Positions 45,841 through 58,455 are shown, numbered from the stretch's first letter. The stretch: 64,000 nucleotides of DNA from the human T2T-CHM13v2.0 reference genome, Homo sapiens (GCF_009914755.1 NC_060938.1), one strand, 5' to 3'. The notes: generated from the sequence alone by a model not told the origin. Numbers and translations are program-made.

Positions 45841-46754
45841 AAGTCTAAAGAAAACTTGTGCTTAATATGGCTTCTTGGATATGGGTAAGAACATTTTCAA
45901 AGTTGAGTTCTTGTGGACAGATCAATATATTTATAGAAAGGATATACACGAAATAGTTAACAGTTGCTAGTTCAGTATGGCAGCCTTTTTATTTACCTAT
46001 ATTTTCTAAATGTTTGGTGTGAACACATAACACTTTATAACATAGCGATATTTTAAAGTATTATAAAGGATCTTAAAACATATGTATAAGCTATGATAGA
46101 TGAAATAGGAGCATGAGACAAGATTGCAGCAAAATGTTACAATTTTTCTATGTTTCTGGGACAAATATGATCCTTATTTCTTCTTTTAAAAATAAAAGAA
46201 TTGCATATTTGTAAAAATACAAATGACATAGCACCATCTGGTATTGAGAATGAACTTATCTGGTGAAGTGTGGTAAAGCAACATTTCAAGGCTCACAACC
46301 TCTACTCGCATGTTCCCTACAGTGTTAACTTTCTCCAAACGGGAGAAAGCAGTAGGCAAGACTGAGGCTCATGGCCCTCATCAATAACTCATCATAACTC
46401 ATCAATAGTGCTGAGAAATTAAAGAAAAATTATTTTTCATAAAGATTATAAACTTAATTACTTGAATTTGAGCCTTACTTCTGCCCTAGGTCTTCTGACT
46501 CATATAAGTTATTTTACCATTAGAGTCCTGCAGGGGTTTTTTAATTTATTCATTATTTTTTACCTTCAACTCAAAGAGCTTGAGATGACTACAGACCTCT
46601 AGCTCCCCTTTAAAACTGAGGAAAATGCCTTACACTTACCTTATAATATTCAGCATTTGGAAAACTAAGTAATGTTGTTAAAAAGTCATTATCAGATAAT
46701 AGGGATGAGGAAGAGATAACAACCATCTGCTGATGAACCAGTTTGGCATCCATA

Positions 46755-47855
46755 GCAAAAACTGCTCACCTGCTCACCAAACAGCCTTCATATTCTTCCT
46801 GGCTGCAGGACTATCCTGCGTTTAGTTATATGGCTATTTTGATGAGAATGGTGGTATTGGAGATGGAGAAAACTGATGGACTTGTTAGACAAAATCACTG
46901 AGGCTCTGTGGCAGATTGAGTATGAGGAGCCAGGAGACAGGGAAGTATCAAAAACAACTACAAGATGTCTAGCATGAGCTGCATGGACAGGGTGTCATAA
47001 GGACATAGAGAAAAGTACTAGACTGATAAGGGGATCATAACATCTAAAGAAAAATTTTGGTCAATATGACATCTTGTGATGGGTGAAAACAATGGAATGT
47101 GAATAGAAATTGTGTTTGTCATTTACTTCCCTGCTTCATAAAAATCTCCCATGTGCCATCCCTCATTCTCTTTCTCCACTCACTGGCTAAAATAAATGCA
47201 GCTGATTAGAACACCTTGTATCAGAGTCATAAAATGAAAAGAGACTGACTTCCTGAATGACTACATGGAAAGTGGACTACTTTCCTATCACTGCTATAAC
47301 AAATGATCACAAACCCAATGGTTTCAAACAAGGTAATTTATTATCTTACAGTTCTGGGGATCAGAAGTCCTAAAATCATGTTGGTAAGACTGTTTCTTCT
47401 GGAGCCTTAAAGGGACAATCTGTTTCCTTGCCTTTTCTAGCTTCTAGAGGCCAGTGTCATTCCTTAGCTCATGGCCCCATCCTACACCAGCAGTGCCACA
47501 TTTTCCAGTCTCTCTCTCTGTCCCTCTGCTTCTGTCATGGCCTGCCTCTGTGTCTCTACTACCTCCCTCTTTCTCTTTTCAGAGCCCTTATGATTAGATT
47601 GGGCCCACCCAGATAATTCGGGATAATCTTCCCATCTTGATATCCTTAACTTAATAACATCTGCAAAGTCTCTTTTGCAATGTAAGGTAACCTATTCACA
47701 GGTTCTAGGAATTAGGATGTCTTTGTGGAGAAGGTCATTATTCTGCCTACCACAGAAGGTATTTTGGATTTCACATGAGTGAGAAAAACTTCTGACTGTG
47801 TTCATTCATTAACTTCATGAGGCTTGTCTCTTACTAGCTGATATGACTAAGCAAT
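46755..47855 (+). mobile_element. Fragmented MLT1I/J-like LTR
   Basis: AATGGAATGTGAATAGAA...CATAAAAATCTCCCA...CCTGAATGAC; ends CATGAGTGAGAAAAACTTCT; split at about 46850-47090 and 47273-47754. Confidence 0.5.
47273..47754 (-). mobile_element. MLT1C/D-like solo LTR
   Basis: TTTATTATCTTACAGTTCTGG...GATTAGATTGGGCCCACC...ATTATTCTGCCTACCACA; TSD GAAAG/GAAGG. Confidence 0.85.
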
Positions 47856-49989
47856 AGTATCTAAAATACAGTAAACCATAAAACAGTAAACATCTGTCCC
47901 CAGCTGAATTGTAGTTTAGACAGCAACCACCTCTTACTCCACTTTGTTACTAACAAATTGTCCTCCACATAATAACATGTAATGATACTCCAGCAATGTT
48001 TACTAATGATAAGGGCATCATGGTAGGATAGCTAGAAATAGCCTAGGGGTCATTTAAAATCTTATTTAGCAAACAGCTTCAACCTTTTCCAATATTAAAA
48101 CTTTAATTAGAACTTTCAATACCTAAGGAAAATTTTGCTCATTTATTAATACATCTTACCTTTTTTTGCCTGAATTATTTAAGATAAAGATGCTGCCAAG
48201 AAATGAAGTGCCACAAAAAGAAGAAAAGACATAAGAAGATACTGGTGAGACCAATAACTCATGGATAAAGTTTAAATAATCATATATTTAAAGTTCATTT
48301 TTCTTCATTTCATGAAATGTGGGGCTTGGAATTATTACCCAAAGGTCAAGTTGACCTCAGTGTCCATGGATTTTACTTTCTGTAAACTTTCTATTGCAAT
48401 TATGATTGGGTTATCTTCAAACATTGTTTTTATCAGAAGAAAACTAAAAGATGAAGATGATTAATGTTCCCCCTAGATATTCATCACCAACAATCTCCTT
48501 ATTACTCTAATGACTGTTCACTAGAAAAATATTTTAATGCACTTTCATGTTTTCATGTTTTCCAATTTAGAAAAATAATCAGACTTTAATGTGAATGCAT
48601 TTTTAACATTTTTCCATGCTTTAGGGATGCCGCTTTTAGGAGGCAAATGTAATGAATGTTTTTAATCACACAAAAGAGGTTTTCCCAGAATCTGTGGTTT
48701 AATTCAACTTTTCAGTGACAACAAAATAAAAAAGACTAAATGCATCTATCAGCTAGGACTCCTCCCTTCTCAACATGGCTACCTATTGTTTAAATATATT
48801 TGAGAGATAAAATTCATTTAGGGAGACAGGAACAAAAATAAGCTTGCCAGGTTAATTTTCACAAATTTTCCCACACAGATCTATACAGATCGTTGCCATT
48901 CTTCTGAGAACTCCTGACCCCATCCCTCCAAGACGGTTCTCATCCTCAAAACACACTTCACCATATCCCACAGTTACATCCCCTTCCCCTTTCTCTAGTT
49001 TGTTCTCATGTGCCCTTCAGGTTTTCAATGTATTCTTAATGTCATCAGTGAAAATGTCACTACTGAAGAGATTTAAATGCCATTTGTCTATGCAGGCCTT
49101 TAACTTCAACATAAACAACCTGTTTTCCATAAGTTTATCCTCAGATTTAAACTGAACAGAAATCAAAGAATTATTTTTGTCCCATTTTTCTTTTCTTTGA
49201 TTTAACTCATAGTCTCAGAGAGGATGCTCCAACTGCCTCACCATCTCCACATCACCTCACTACCTACTCAAGTGTCATAACCAAACCTCAGTAATATTCT
49301 AATAATGTCGTTCTCTGTCCTAGTTTAGAAGATAGCAAATAACAAGGGCAGGCAGATTTAAAGACTGGAATAAGGCATGTGATAAAGGCTTCTGCACACA
49401 ATAAAGAATTGATCTGCAGATGTTGACTGGTTCTTGAGAAAGAAAGAGTTGATGCAGAAAATAAATCATCTGAGGGAAGGGTTTTCTCCCCCTAACCAAG
49501 ATATTGTATAATGTCTCAACTGATATCCATAACCTTAATGAAGTTACCACGAAATGAAATATTTAATCATGTTTGTATATTCTACCATTAAACATGCTTC
49601 ATGGACACACGTGAGCAATTATATAATATCACACTTCCAAGTTTTCCATTTTTAAAAAAACTCATAGACAATTAAAAACTACTCTTCAGATCACCTATTT
49701 TGTCAATGCACCTGTTAACTTCCTTCTCGCAAGAACTACTCCCAAGGATGTAGGACAATAGACTTTATTCTAAGGACTTCAGAATTCTTCACTAAAAGGC
49801 GTGATTAAGGACTAAAACTATTACTATCCAAACTAATTAGAGGGAGTTATGGTCTAATTTAGTTCTATGATATGAAGCTATTCTGAGTTGATTTTGTTGG
49901 AAACACAAATTCTATTATATTCTAAATTCAATTGCACAATTCCACAGCAAAGAATTGGGTAATCCATATAGCTCTTCGATTTTCTTGTG

Positions 49990-50722
49990 AAGATTCAAAG
50001 TTTTGCTTATTTTGAGTTATGAAATGTGAATTATTTCAGTGAATCAACCTCTAATTTCAAGGAGATTTGAGGAACAACTCTTTAATTAATCTTTATCATG
50101 CTTGCTTAAACTTTGCCAGCCATCTCTCTCCCGAAAGTAAATTAAAGTGAGAGGAGAAAGAATCTGAATGACCTGCCATAACACAGCTGGCTACTTGACA
50201 GATAAGTCTTTATAAGACCTATCATCCTGAAGAATGACATAATTTTGGTTTCAAGCACTATGCGTGCTCAGAAAAAGTTACAAGGCAGTGCAATAAGAAG
50301 TCAGAGTAATAATTTGTGTGTGTGTGAATAGACTGCATAGGTAAATATTTACATCTGATAAGTAATGAATACTCATTATTATTCATATTTAATAGTTTTC
50401 ATGCCTTAAAAATATTTCTTTACCCAATCAGATATTCAGCTTCTCTGTAATTTTTAACTATTACCAACACAGAGCATATTAACTTTTACTACCATTTTAT
50501 ATTTTTTCATTATTATTATGTTTTCAGCTACCATTCACAATGCAACCACCTAAAAACCAAGCCTTACCAGTTCCAGTAAATGTCAGTTTAAAAAGGAAAA
50601 AAAAAAAGATTCAAAGTTTTGCTTATTCTGAGTTATTAAATGTGAATTATTTCAGTGAATCAACTTCTAATTTCAAGGAAATTTGAGGAACAACTCTTAA
50701 TTAGTCTTTATCATGCTTGCTT
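49990..50722 (+). repeat. Dispersed direct duplication of ~118 bp (49990-50107 and 50606-50722)
   Basis: AAGATTCAAAGTTTTGCTTATT...CTTTATCATGCTTGCTT twice; 5 substitutions and one 1-bp indel by eye. Confidence 0.95.
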
Positions 50723-50797
50723 TTTCTTTTCTTTTAGCCACCAGAAAACACTGGGAACAGAAAAAGACACAAAGTAAATAGATTGGTAAATATTTCT

Positions 50798-50886
50798 TTT
50801 TTTTATTTTATTTTTTTGAGACAGAGTCTCGCTCCGTCGCCCAGGCTGGAGCGCAGTGGCGCGATCTCGGCTCACTGCAAGCTCCA
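50798..50886 (-). mobile_element. Severely 5'-truncated AluY
   Basis: Last ~70 nt of the right arm with the CTGCAAGCTCC diagnostic and intact CpGs; 18-bp TSD AGATTGG(T/C)AAATATTTCT at 50780-50797 and 50887-50904. Confidence 0.93.
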
Positions 50887-50929
50887 AGATTGGCAAATAT
50901 TTCTATTCTACGACTCATAGAAGTAGCTG

Positions 50930-51130
50930 CCATCATGTATTCCCAGATACAGTGCAAAGTACTTTACATGTCTTATCTGATTTAATTCTTTTAAAAACTC
51001 TCTAAAAATGTTCTGTGATCAATGAGGAAACTGAGGCTTAGAAAGGAAAAGAAACTTGTCCAAGTCTCAAAGCTAGAGACTGACCTATAGTTTAAGTCCT
51101 GATTTGTCAGGACAAAATGCTTAATTCCTA
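50930..51130 (-). mobile_element. MIR
   Basis: ATGAGGAAACTGAGGCTTAGAAAGG...AACTTGTCCAAG. Confidence 0.7.
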
Positions 51131-51194
51131 TTACATGTTGCCTGTATATGCAGACATAGGACCCACTGCAAATTGGCATGTGATACCTGCTCAT

Positions 51195-51900
51195 GTGCTA
51201 TGGCAGAAATACTAAGATGCCTAACTATGATTTGTGCCACCCTCCCATAGCATGATATTGATGTAGATACATAATATTGATGTAGGGTATTGTCCAATCC
51301 CCCTTACATGTAGGAGCGGCTATGATATAGATAGGTTGTTACCAAGAAAATGTGCCCAAAACTAATTTGCTACTTTCAGGCCTGTCCTATAAAAACTTCC
51401 CAGAAACTCTTCCATGTTCACCAGCCATCCCATTTGATGTCAACTGGAGTTGCCAGATAAAATGCAGAGCACAAATTTAAATTTGAATTTCAAAAAACTA
51501 AATTATGTTTTAGTGTAAATATATTCCATGCAGTATTTGAGACATATATTTACCAGGAGCACTGACAGTCAAGTTGCCAGATTAGCATATAAAAAGCATC
51601 AAAAATGTAAATGTCCCAAATATTTCATGGGATATACTTGTACTAAAAAGTTTTCTGTTGTTTATGTAAAACTCAAATTTAGCTGTGTGTCTAGTGTTTG
51701 TATTTGCTAAATCTGGCCGCCCAAATAGCAACACCTCTAGTTACACTGGCAGCAGCCACATGCTGAAGGCAGTAGAGCGACCATCAGCACAGATCTGATG
51801 ACTGCAGCCAAGGGTACCCCGCCTTTGAGCTTTACATTAGGGAGAAATAAAGTTGTACTGTGGTAAGCCTCTTAGGCGTGTGTGCTGATTAATATAATAC
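51195..51900 (+). mobile_element. MLT1I/J-like LTR split by MER53 copies
   Basis: CTACTTTCAGGCCTGTCCTATAAAAACTTCCCA...AGCCACATGCTGAAGGCAGTAGAGC...GAGAAATAAAGTT. Confidence 0.55.
51446..51722. mobile_element. Two adjacent partial MER53 (hAT) palindromic elements
   Basis: GTTGCCAGATAAAATGCAG...TTAAATTTGAATTTCA (about 51446-51550) and GTTGCCAGATTAGCA...TGTCCCAAATATTTCATGGGATATAC...TTTGCTAAATCTGGC (about 51572-51722). Confidence 0.8.
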
Positions 51901-51974
51901 AAACAATACTAGTGTGACAATATTAATAAAAGTGCCAAGAGTTTATCATTCAAGTCTTAAAGGGAAGCAGCATG

Positions 51975-52200
51975 GAGAGTATAAATCGTTTAAATGTGGA
52001 GTCATGCCAGCATGTCCTGGGTTCCAATTTCTGCTGTATCACCTCCTAGTTTTGTGGCTCTAATTTCTCTAGCTTTGATTTCTTTACCCATAAAATAATG
52101 AAGTCAATGCTTTCTTGAAAAGATATCTTTAAAAAATAAATAACAAATGCAAAAGAAACCTAGAATATTTAGCATATAAATGCATAATATACTAATACTA
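51975..52200 (+). mobile_element. MIR
   Basis: TGGAGTCA...CCTGGGTTCCAATT...TTTCTTTACCCATAAAATAATG. Confidence 0.55.
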
Positions 52201-54176
52201 TTACTGATTTTTATCATTAAAAAGAATAGGCTATTTTCCCATTTTTATGTTTATTGAGCTGCAAAGTGATGAATTTATGCCTTTTTAATGAGAGTTCATT
52301 TTATTGTTCATAATTAAGTCCATACGGCTCACTTTTATAATTAGCTATTTTTTATCTCACTGTCTTTGAACTCGGTAATTGACTTTGCCAGCAGATTTTT
52401 AAGCTGAGATCAGTCTTTTCCCTGAGTTTTCCAATCAGACTAGCACTGCTGTTTTGACTCATGGACCTCAGTGCAAGGCCAGTAGGCACTCTGGATGGTC
52501 TGAAATCTGCCTTTCCTCCTCGTTGCTGAGCACATCTCAAATTGATCAGCTCAACAGGTAGAATTCAAAAGTGTCTCTCATTTGAAATTAGACAACCACC
52601 AAATCACCCTATTACAATTAAAACTGAGAATGCTCAACACCATAAAGCCCAAGACTGAGGCACAGTACTCCAATATGCACATTCCCATGCGTTCAGAACC
52701 TAACTGCTTCCAAGCACAAAATGTTTGGCCCTTTCTGGCTTAGACAACTTGCTTTATAGGAAGAAAATTGAAGCCTAACTTGAAATACTTTTTTTAAATG
52801 GTATTTGTTGAAACATTTTCATCAAATTTGTTAAGTCTTGAGGTGCTCAAAATTAAGCTATGTTTTCAGTGTCAATCTATTCTCATAAATCTCTTCTCAA
52901 AGAGAAAACCAAAAATGAAAGTGAATCTCTGATCTCTTACTGATTTGGAATAAATCACTTTGTGTCACTTTCTAACCTTGGCTACAAACCACAAAAATAG
53001 ACCATTTAAGAACGGGACTCTTGACCTGAGATATGCAAACTTCCTTAAGTTGTAGACAAAACTCTGCATTTGTGCATAAATATGCTTTTCTCAGATTCCA
53101 AAAGGGATTCAGAGGCCTATACAGGTGTTCCACAGGGTTTCTGTCATTAAAAGCAACAATGGCAAGGTTTTTTGGGGGAAAAAGTCCATAAATAACCAAC
53201 ATTTTCCCCTTTAAAATAACATTTTGAAAGCCCTCAGTTATGAACAGAGTAATTTTAACTACTAGTAGTGCAGATCCAAAGAGCATACCCATAACCCAGG
53301 GTGCCACATGGCTGGGCACACTAGCTGCCAGAGGGCATGTGGTCACAAAACAGTTATACAGTACTTTTTTTAGCCATTTGCTGCTTAATTTACACCCAAA
53401 ATGGACTATTGGTTAAACTCAGGACATTTAAAGAGCATGCCATTAATACCCAATTTAAAGAGGCACTGAAAGTGACAGTAATTCTTAAACATCACCTCAA
53501 GATGTTCTTTTCCAGAATTCTAAATTGTATTCATCTGATAAAAATTCTTATATAGCACCTCAAGACATATTCAATACCTTAAAAATAAAGTTAAGAAGAT
53601 GAAATTGCCTGGCAATTATGTTAAATTTCTCTTTTAATTCATTGAAAATAATACTTAACCACACCTGTAAGATGTTACAGAAAAGTGCTTACAAAATAGC
53701 AAGAATAAAATTTTTTGTATCTCATCACAGGGAACCAAAACACAAAAAGATACAAAATAAAGCAGCTGCTTTTTATTTAAAGTGTAAAATGCAAGAATCG
53801 CAAACATCAATTTTTTTTAATGTTCTTCTACTTTTGATGTCAGCAAAGAATTAAAATGTAATCTCCTTCCTTCCTGCTATCTAGAGGCCATGTGAGGAGG
53901 ATTCTGAGACAGGCATCAAGTCAGGGGAGGTGGTGGCTGAGTAATGGTGGTGTCAGAGCCTGAATGAGCTCCCACTGATCAAGTCTATGACAATCTGAAC
54001 ATCAAACTAAATGATAATAAGGGGAAGTGGCTAAGATGGCCAACTAGATGCAGCTTAGGTGTATGGCTCTCAAGGAGAGGAACAAATGGGGTGAGTAAAT
54101 ATGGCACCTTCAACAGAAACATTCAGGTACTCGCACTAGTACTAGTCAAGGAAACAACTCAAACCATGGAGAAGAC

Positions 54177-55130
54177 CTCCAGCCACCCTCACTAGTGTTC
54201 TCTGGCAGACAGATTTGAAAGCTCCCTAGAACAGAGCTCCCAGAGGAAGGGGCAGGCTTCCATCTTTGCTGTTTGGATGACTTAGCAGTTCCAGGCTTTG
54301 GGCTTTGGAGAGCCCAAGCCAACTGGGGCAGGAGTGGTACCCCAGCACAACACAGCTACTCTAAGAAAGCATGGCCAGACTGCATCTTTAAGTGGGTCCC
54401 TGATCCTGTTTCTCCTCACTGAACGGAACCTCCCAATTGGGGCCTCCAGCCACCTCCACCAGTGTTCTCTGGCCTACAGAAATTAGAAAACTACCTGGGA
54501 CAAAGTTCCAAGGAGCAGGGGCAGGCCACCATCTTTGTGGTTTGGGCAACTTAGCAGTTCCAGCTTTCGGGCTTTGGAGAGCCCAAGCTGACCAGAGGTG
54601 GAAGCAGTACCCCAGCACAGCACAGCAGCCCAAACAAAACTGTGGCCAGACTGCTTTCTAAGTGGCTGCCTGACCCCATTCCTCATCACTGGGTGGGGCC
54701 ACCCAACCAGGGTCTCTAGCTATACCCACCAGTGTTCTCTGGCTGACAGAGGCTTCAGGCCTCCCTGGGATGGAACTCTCAGGAGGAGAAGCAAGCTGTT
54801 GTTCAGGCAACTTAGCCATTTAGACAACTTAGCTGTTTAGGCAACTTAGCCGTTCCAGCATTTGGACTTCAGAGTACTTGAGGTGACCAGGGGCTAAAGT
54901 GGCTTCCCAGTACAGCAAAGCTGCTCTACAAAAACATGACCAGACCACTTTTTTAAGTGAGTCACTGATCCTGTTCCTTCTGACTGGCTGAGACCTCTCA
55001 TCCGGGGTCTCCAGCCACCTCTTACAGGTGTGTTTGAGCCAGCAGGAGGTCCGTACATCCTTTGGATGCAGCTCCCATAGGAAAGGGCAGGCCGCCATCT
55101 TTGCTGTTTTGCAGCCTTCACTGGTGATAC
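54177..55130 (+). repeat. ~270-bp monomer-like tandem repeats in the L1 5'UTR
   Basis: CTCCAGCCACC...GTGT anchor at about 54177, 54444, 54714 and 55009; GGGCAGG...CCATCTTTG recurs. Confidence 0.85.
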
Positions 55131-55283
55131 CTCCAGGTACTGGAAAATCCAAGGCAAGTAGGGACTGGAGCAGACCCCCAGCATTCCACAGCAGCTCTAT
55201 GGAAAAGTGGCCAAGTTGTTAAAAGAAAAAAAGAAATCCAAAGATCAGCAAACTCAAAGACTGAAAATAGATAAGCCCACAAA

Positions 55284-56328
55284 GATGAGAAAGAATCAGC
55301 ACAAGAACACTGAAAACTCAAAAAGCCAGAGTGCCCTCTTTTTCCAAATGACCGCATCACCTCTCCAGCAAGCGTTCAGAACTGGGATGAGGCTGAGATG
55401 GCTGAAACAATAGAAGCAGAATTCAGAATATGGGTAGGAAGGAAGTTCACTAAGCTAAAGGAGTACATTGTAACCCAATGCAACGAAGCCAAAAATCATG
55501 ATAAAACATTGCAGGAGTTGACAGACAAAATAGCCAGTATAGAGAAGAATGTAACTAACCTGATAGAGCTGAAAAACACAATAAAACAATTTCTTAATGC
55601 AATCACAAGGATTAATAGCAGAATAGACCAAGTGGAGGAAAGAATTTCAGAGCTTGAAGACTGTGTTTCTGAAATAAGACAGGCAGACAAGACCAGAGAA
55701 AAAAGAATGAAACAGAATGAACAAAACCTCCAAGAAATATGGGATTTTGTAAAGAGACCAAATCTACAACTGATCAGTGAACCTGAAAGAGATGGGGAGA
55801 ATGGAACCAATTTGGAAAACATAATTCAGGATATTATCCATGAGAATTTCCCCAACCTAGCTAGAGAGGCCAACATTCAAATTCAGAAAATGCATAGAAC
55901 CCCAGTAAGATACCCCATGAGAAGCTCATCCCCAAGACACATAATCTTCAGATTCTCCAAGGTTGAAATGAAGGAGAAAATGTTAAAGGCAACTAGAGAG
56001 AAAGGCCAGATCACCTACAAAGGGAAGCCCATCAGACTAACAGTGGACCTCTCAGATGAAACCCACAAGACAGAAGAGATTAGGGGCTAATCTTCAACAT
56101 TTTAAAAGAAAAGAAATTCCAACCTGGAATTTTATATCAAGCCAAACTAAGCATCATAAGCGAAGGAGAAATAAGATCCTTTTCAGACAAGCAAATGATG
56201 AGGGAATTTTTTTTACCACCAGACCTGCCTTACAAGAGCTCCTGAAGGAAGCACTAAATATAGAAAGGAAAGATTATTACCAGCCACTACAAAAACATAC
56301 TGAAATACACAGACCAGTGACACTATAA
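55284..56328 (+). pseudogene. L1 ORF1p remnant (frameshifted)
   Basis: ORFs 55207..55413, 55398..56090 (RIDQVEERISELED, ENFPNLAREANIQIQ, YKGKPIRLTVDLS) and 56056..56328 (TTRPALQELLKEAL) lie in different frames. Confidence 0.9.
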
Positions 56329-57088
56329 AGTAACCACGTAAGTCTTCAAAATGACCAGTTAACATCATGACAGGATCAAATCCACACATATCAATACTGA
56401 CCTTAAATGTAAATAGGCTAAGTGCCCCAATTAAAAGACACAGAGTGGCAAGCTGGATAAAGACCCATAGGTACGCTGTCTTCAAGAGACCCATCTTACA
56501 TGCAATGAGACACAGAGGCTCAAAATAAAGGGATGGAGAAAAATCTACCAAGCAAATGGAAAACAGAATAAAAGGAGGGGTTGCAATCCTAGTTTCTGAC
56601 AAAACAGACTTTAAACCAGCAAAGACCATAAAGGACAAGGAAGGACATTACATAATGGTAAAGGGTTCAATTCAACGAGAGGAAACAACTATCCTAAATA
56701 TACATGCACCCAACACAGGAGCACCCAGATCTATAAAGCAAGTTATTAGAGACCTTCAAAGAGACTTAGACTCCTACAAAATAATAGTGGGAGACTTTAA
56801 CACTCCACTGACAATATTAGACAGCTCACTGAGACAGAAAATTAACAAAGATATTCAAGACCTGAACTCAGCACTGAAGCAAATGGACCTGATAGATGTA
56901 TATGGAACCCTCACCAAAAACAGAATCTACATTCTTCTTGATGCCACATGGCATTTACTCCAAAATTGATCACATAATTGGAAGTAAAACACTCCTCAAC
57001 AAATAAATGCAAAAGAACTGAAATTCATAATAAACAGTCTCTCAGACCACAACACAATCAAATTAGAACTCAGGATTAAGAAATTCAC

Positions 57089-57390
57089 AGCCAGGCACAG
57101 TGGCGTGAGCATAATTCCAGCACTTTGGGAGGCCAAGGTAGGCAGATCACCTGAGGTCAGAAGTTCAAGACCAGCCTGGCCAACATGGCAAAACCCCATC
57201 TCTACTAAAAATACAAAAATAGCCAGGTGTAGTGGTGGGCATCTGTAATCCCAGCTGCTTGGGAGGCTGAGGCAGACAGAACTGCTTGAACCCAGGAGGA
57301 GGATGTTGCAGTGAGCTGAGATTAAGCCATTGTACTTTAAGCTGCATGACAGAGCAAGACTCCATCTCAAAAAAAAGAAAAGAAAGAAAG
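57089..57390 (+). mobile_element. AluS inserted in L1 ORF2
   Basis: Alu dimer with GATCACCTGAGGTCAG; flanks AAGAAATTCAC and AAGAAATTAATTCAC. Confidence 0.92.
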
Positions 57391-58185
57391 AAATTAATTC
57401 ACTGAAAACCACACAGCTACATGGAAATTGAACAACCTGCTCCTGAAGGACTTCTGGGTAAACAATGAAATGAAGGCAGAAATCAAGAAGTTCTTTGAAA
57501 CTAACAAGAACAAAGATACAATGTACCAGAATATCTGGGACACAGCTAAGGCAGTATTAAGAGGGAAATTTATAGTGCTAAATGCCCACATCAAAAAGTT
57601 AGAAAGATCTCAAGTTAACAACCTAACATCACCACTAAAAGAACTAGAGAACCAAGGCCAAGCAAATCCCAAAGCCAGCAGAAGAGAAGCAATAACCAGA
57701 ATCAGAGCTGAACTGAAGGAGATAGAGACATGAAAAACTATTCAAAAGATCAATGAATCCAGGAGCTAGTTTTTGGAAAAAATTAATAAAATAGATAGAC
57801 CACTAGTTAAACTAATAAAGAAGAAAAGAGAGAAGATTCAAATAAACACAGTCAGAAATGACAAAGAGGATATTACCACTGAACTCACAGAAATACAAAC
57901 AACCATCAGAGAATATTATGGACACCTCTATGCACATAAACTTGAAAATATAGAAGAAATGAATAAATTCATGGACACACACACCCTTCCTAGAAAAAAG
58001 GGATAAATTCCCGGACACACATACCCTCCCAAGACTGAACCAAGAAGAAATTGAATCCCTGAGTAGACCAATAACAAGTTCTGAAATTGAGGTGGTAATA
58101 AATAGCCTACCAATCAAAAAAAGCCCAGGTCCAGACAAGTTCACAGCTGAATTCTAGCAGATGTACAAAGAAGAGCTGATACAAA

Positions 58186-58455
58186 GGCTAGACACAGTGG
58201 CCCACACCTGTAATCCCAGCATTTTGGGAAACCAAGGTGGACAGATCACTTGAGCTCAGGAGTTTGTGACCATCCTGGGCAACATGGCAAAACCCCATCT
58301 CTACAAATAATACAAAAAATTAGTAGAGCATGGTTGTGTATGCCTATAGTCTCAACTACTTGGGGGGGCCAGGCAGGAGTTTGTGACCAGACTGGTTGAC
58401 AAAGTGAGACACTGTCTCAAAAAAAAAAAAAAAGAAGAAGAAGAAGAAGAAAGAA
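58186..58455 (+). mobile_element. AluJ-like with rearranged right arm and GAA-rich tail
   Basis: GATCACTTGAGCTCAGGAG, CTGGGCAACATGGC; TSD AAAGAAGAGCTG(A/G)TAC at 58167-58182 and 58456-58471. Confidence 0.9.

Noticed and set aside
53324-53340. Secondary CTCF-like matches (also about 43852 and 46232)
   Set aside because: Mismatches in the 5' CCAS part of the core; weaker than 10420-10436
55398-56090. 230-aa ORF as a gene or active L1
   Set aside because: Frameshifted piece of L1 ORF1p; the element has lost its RT domain
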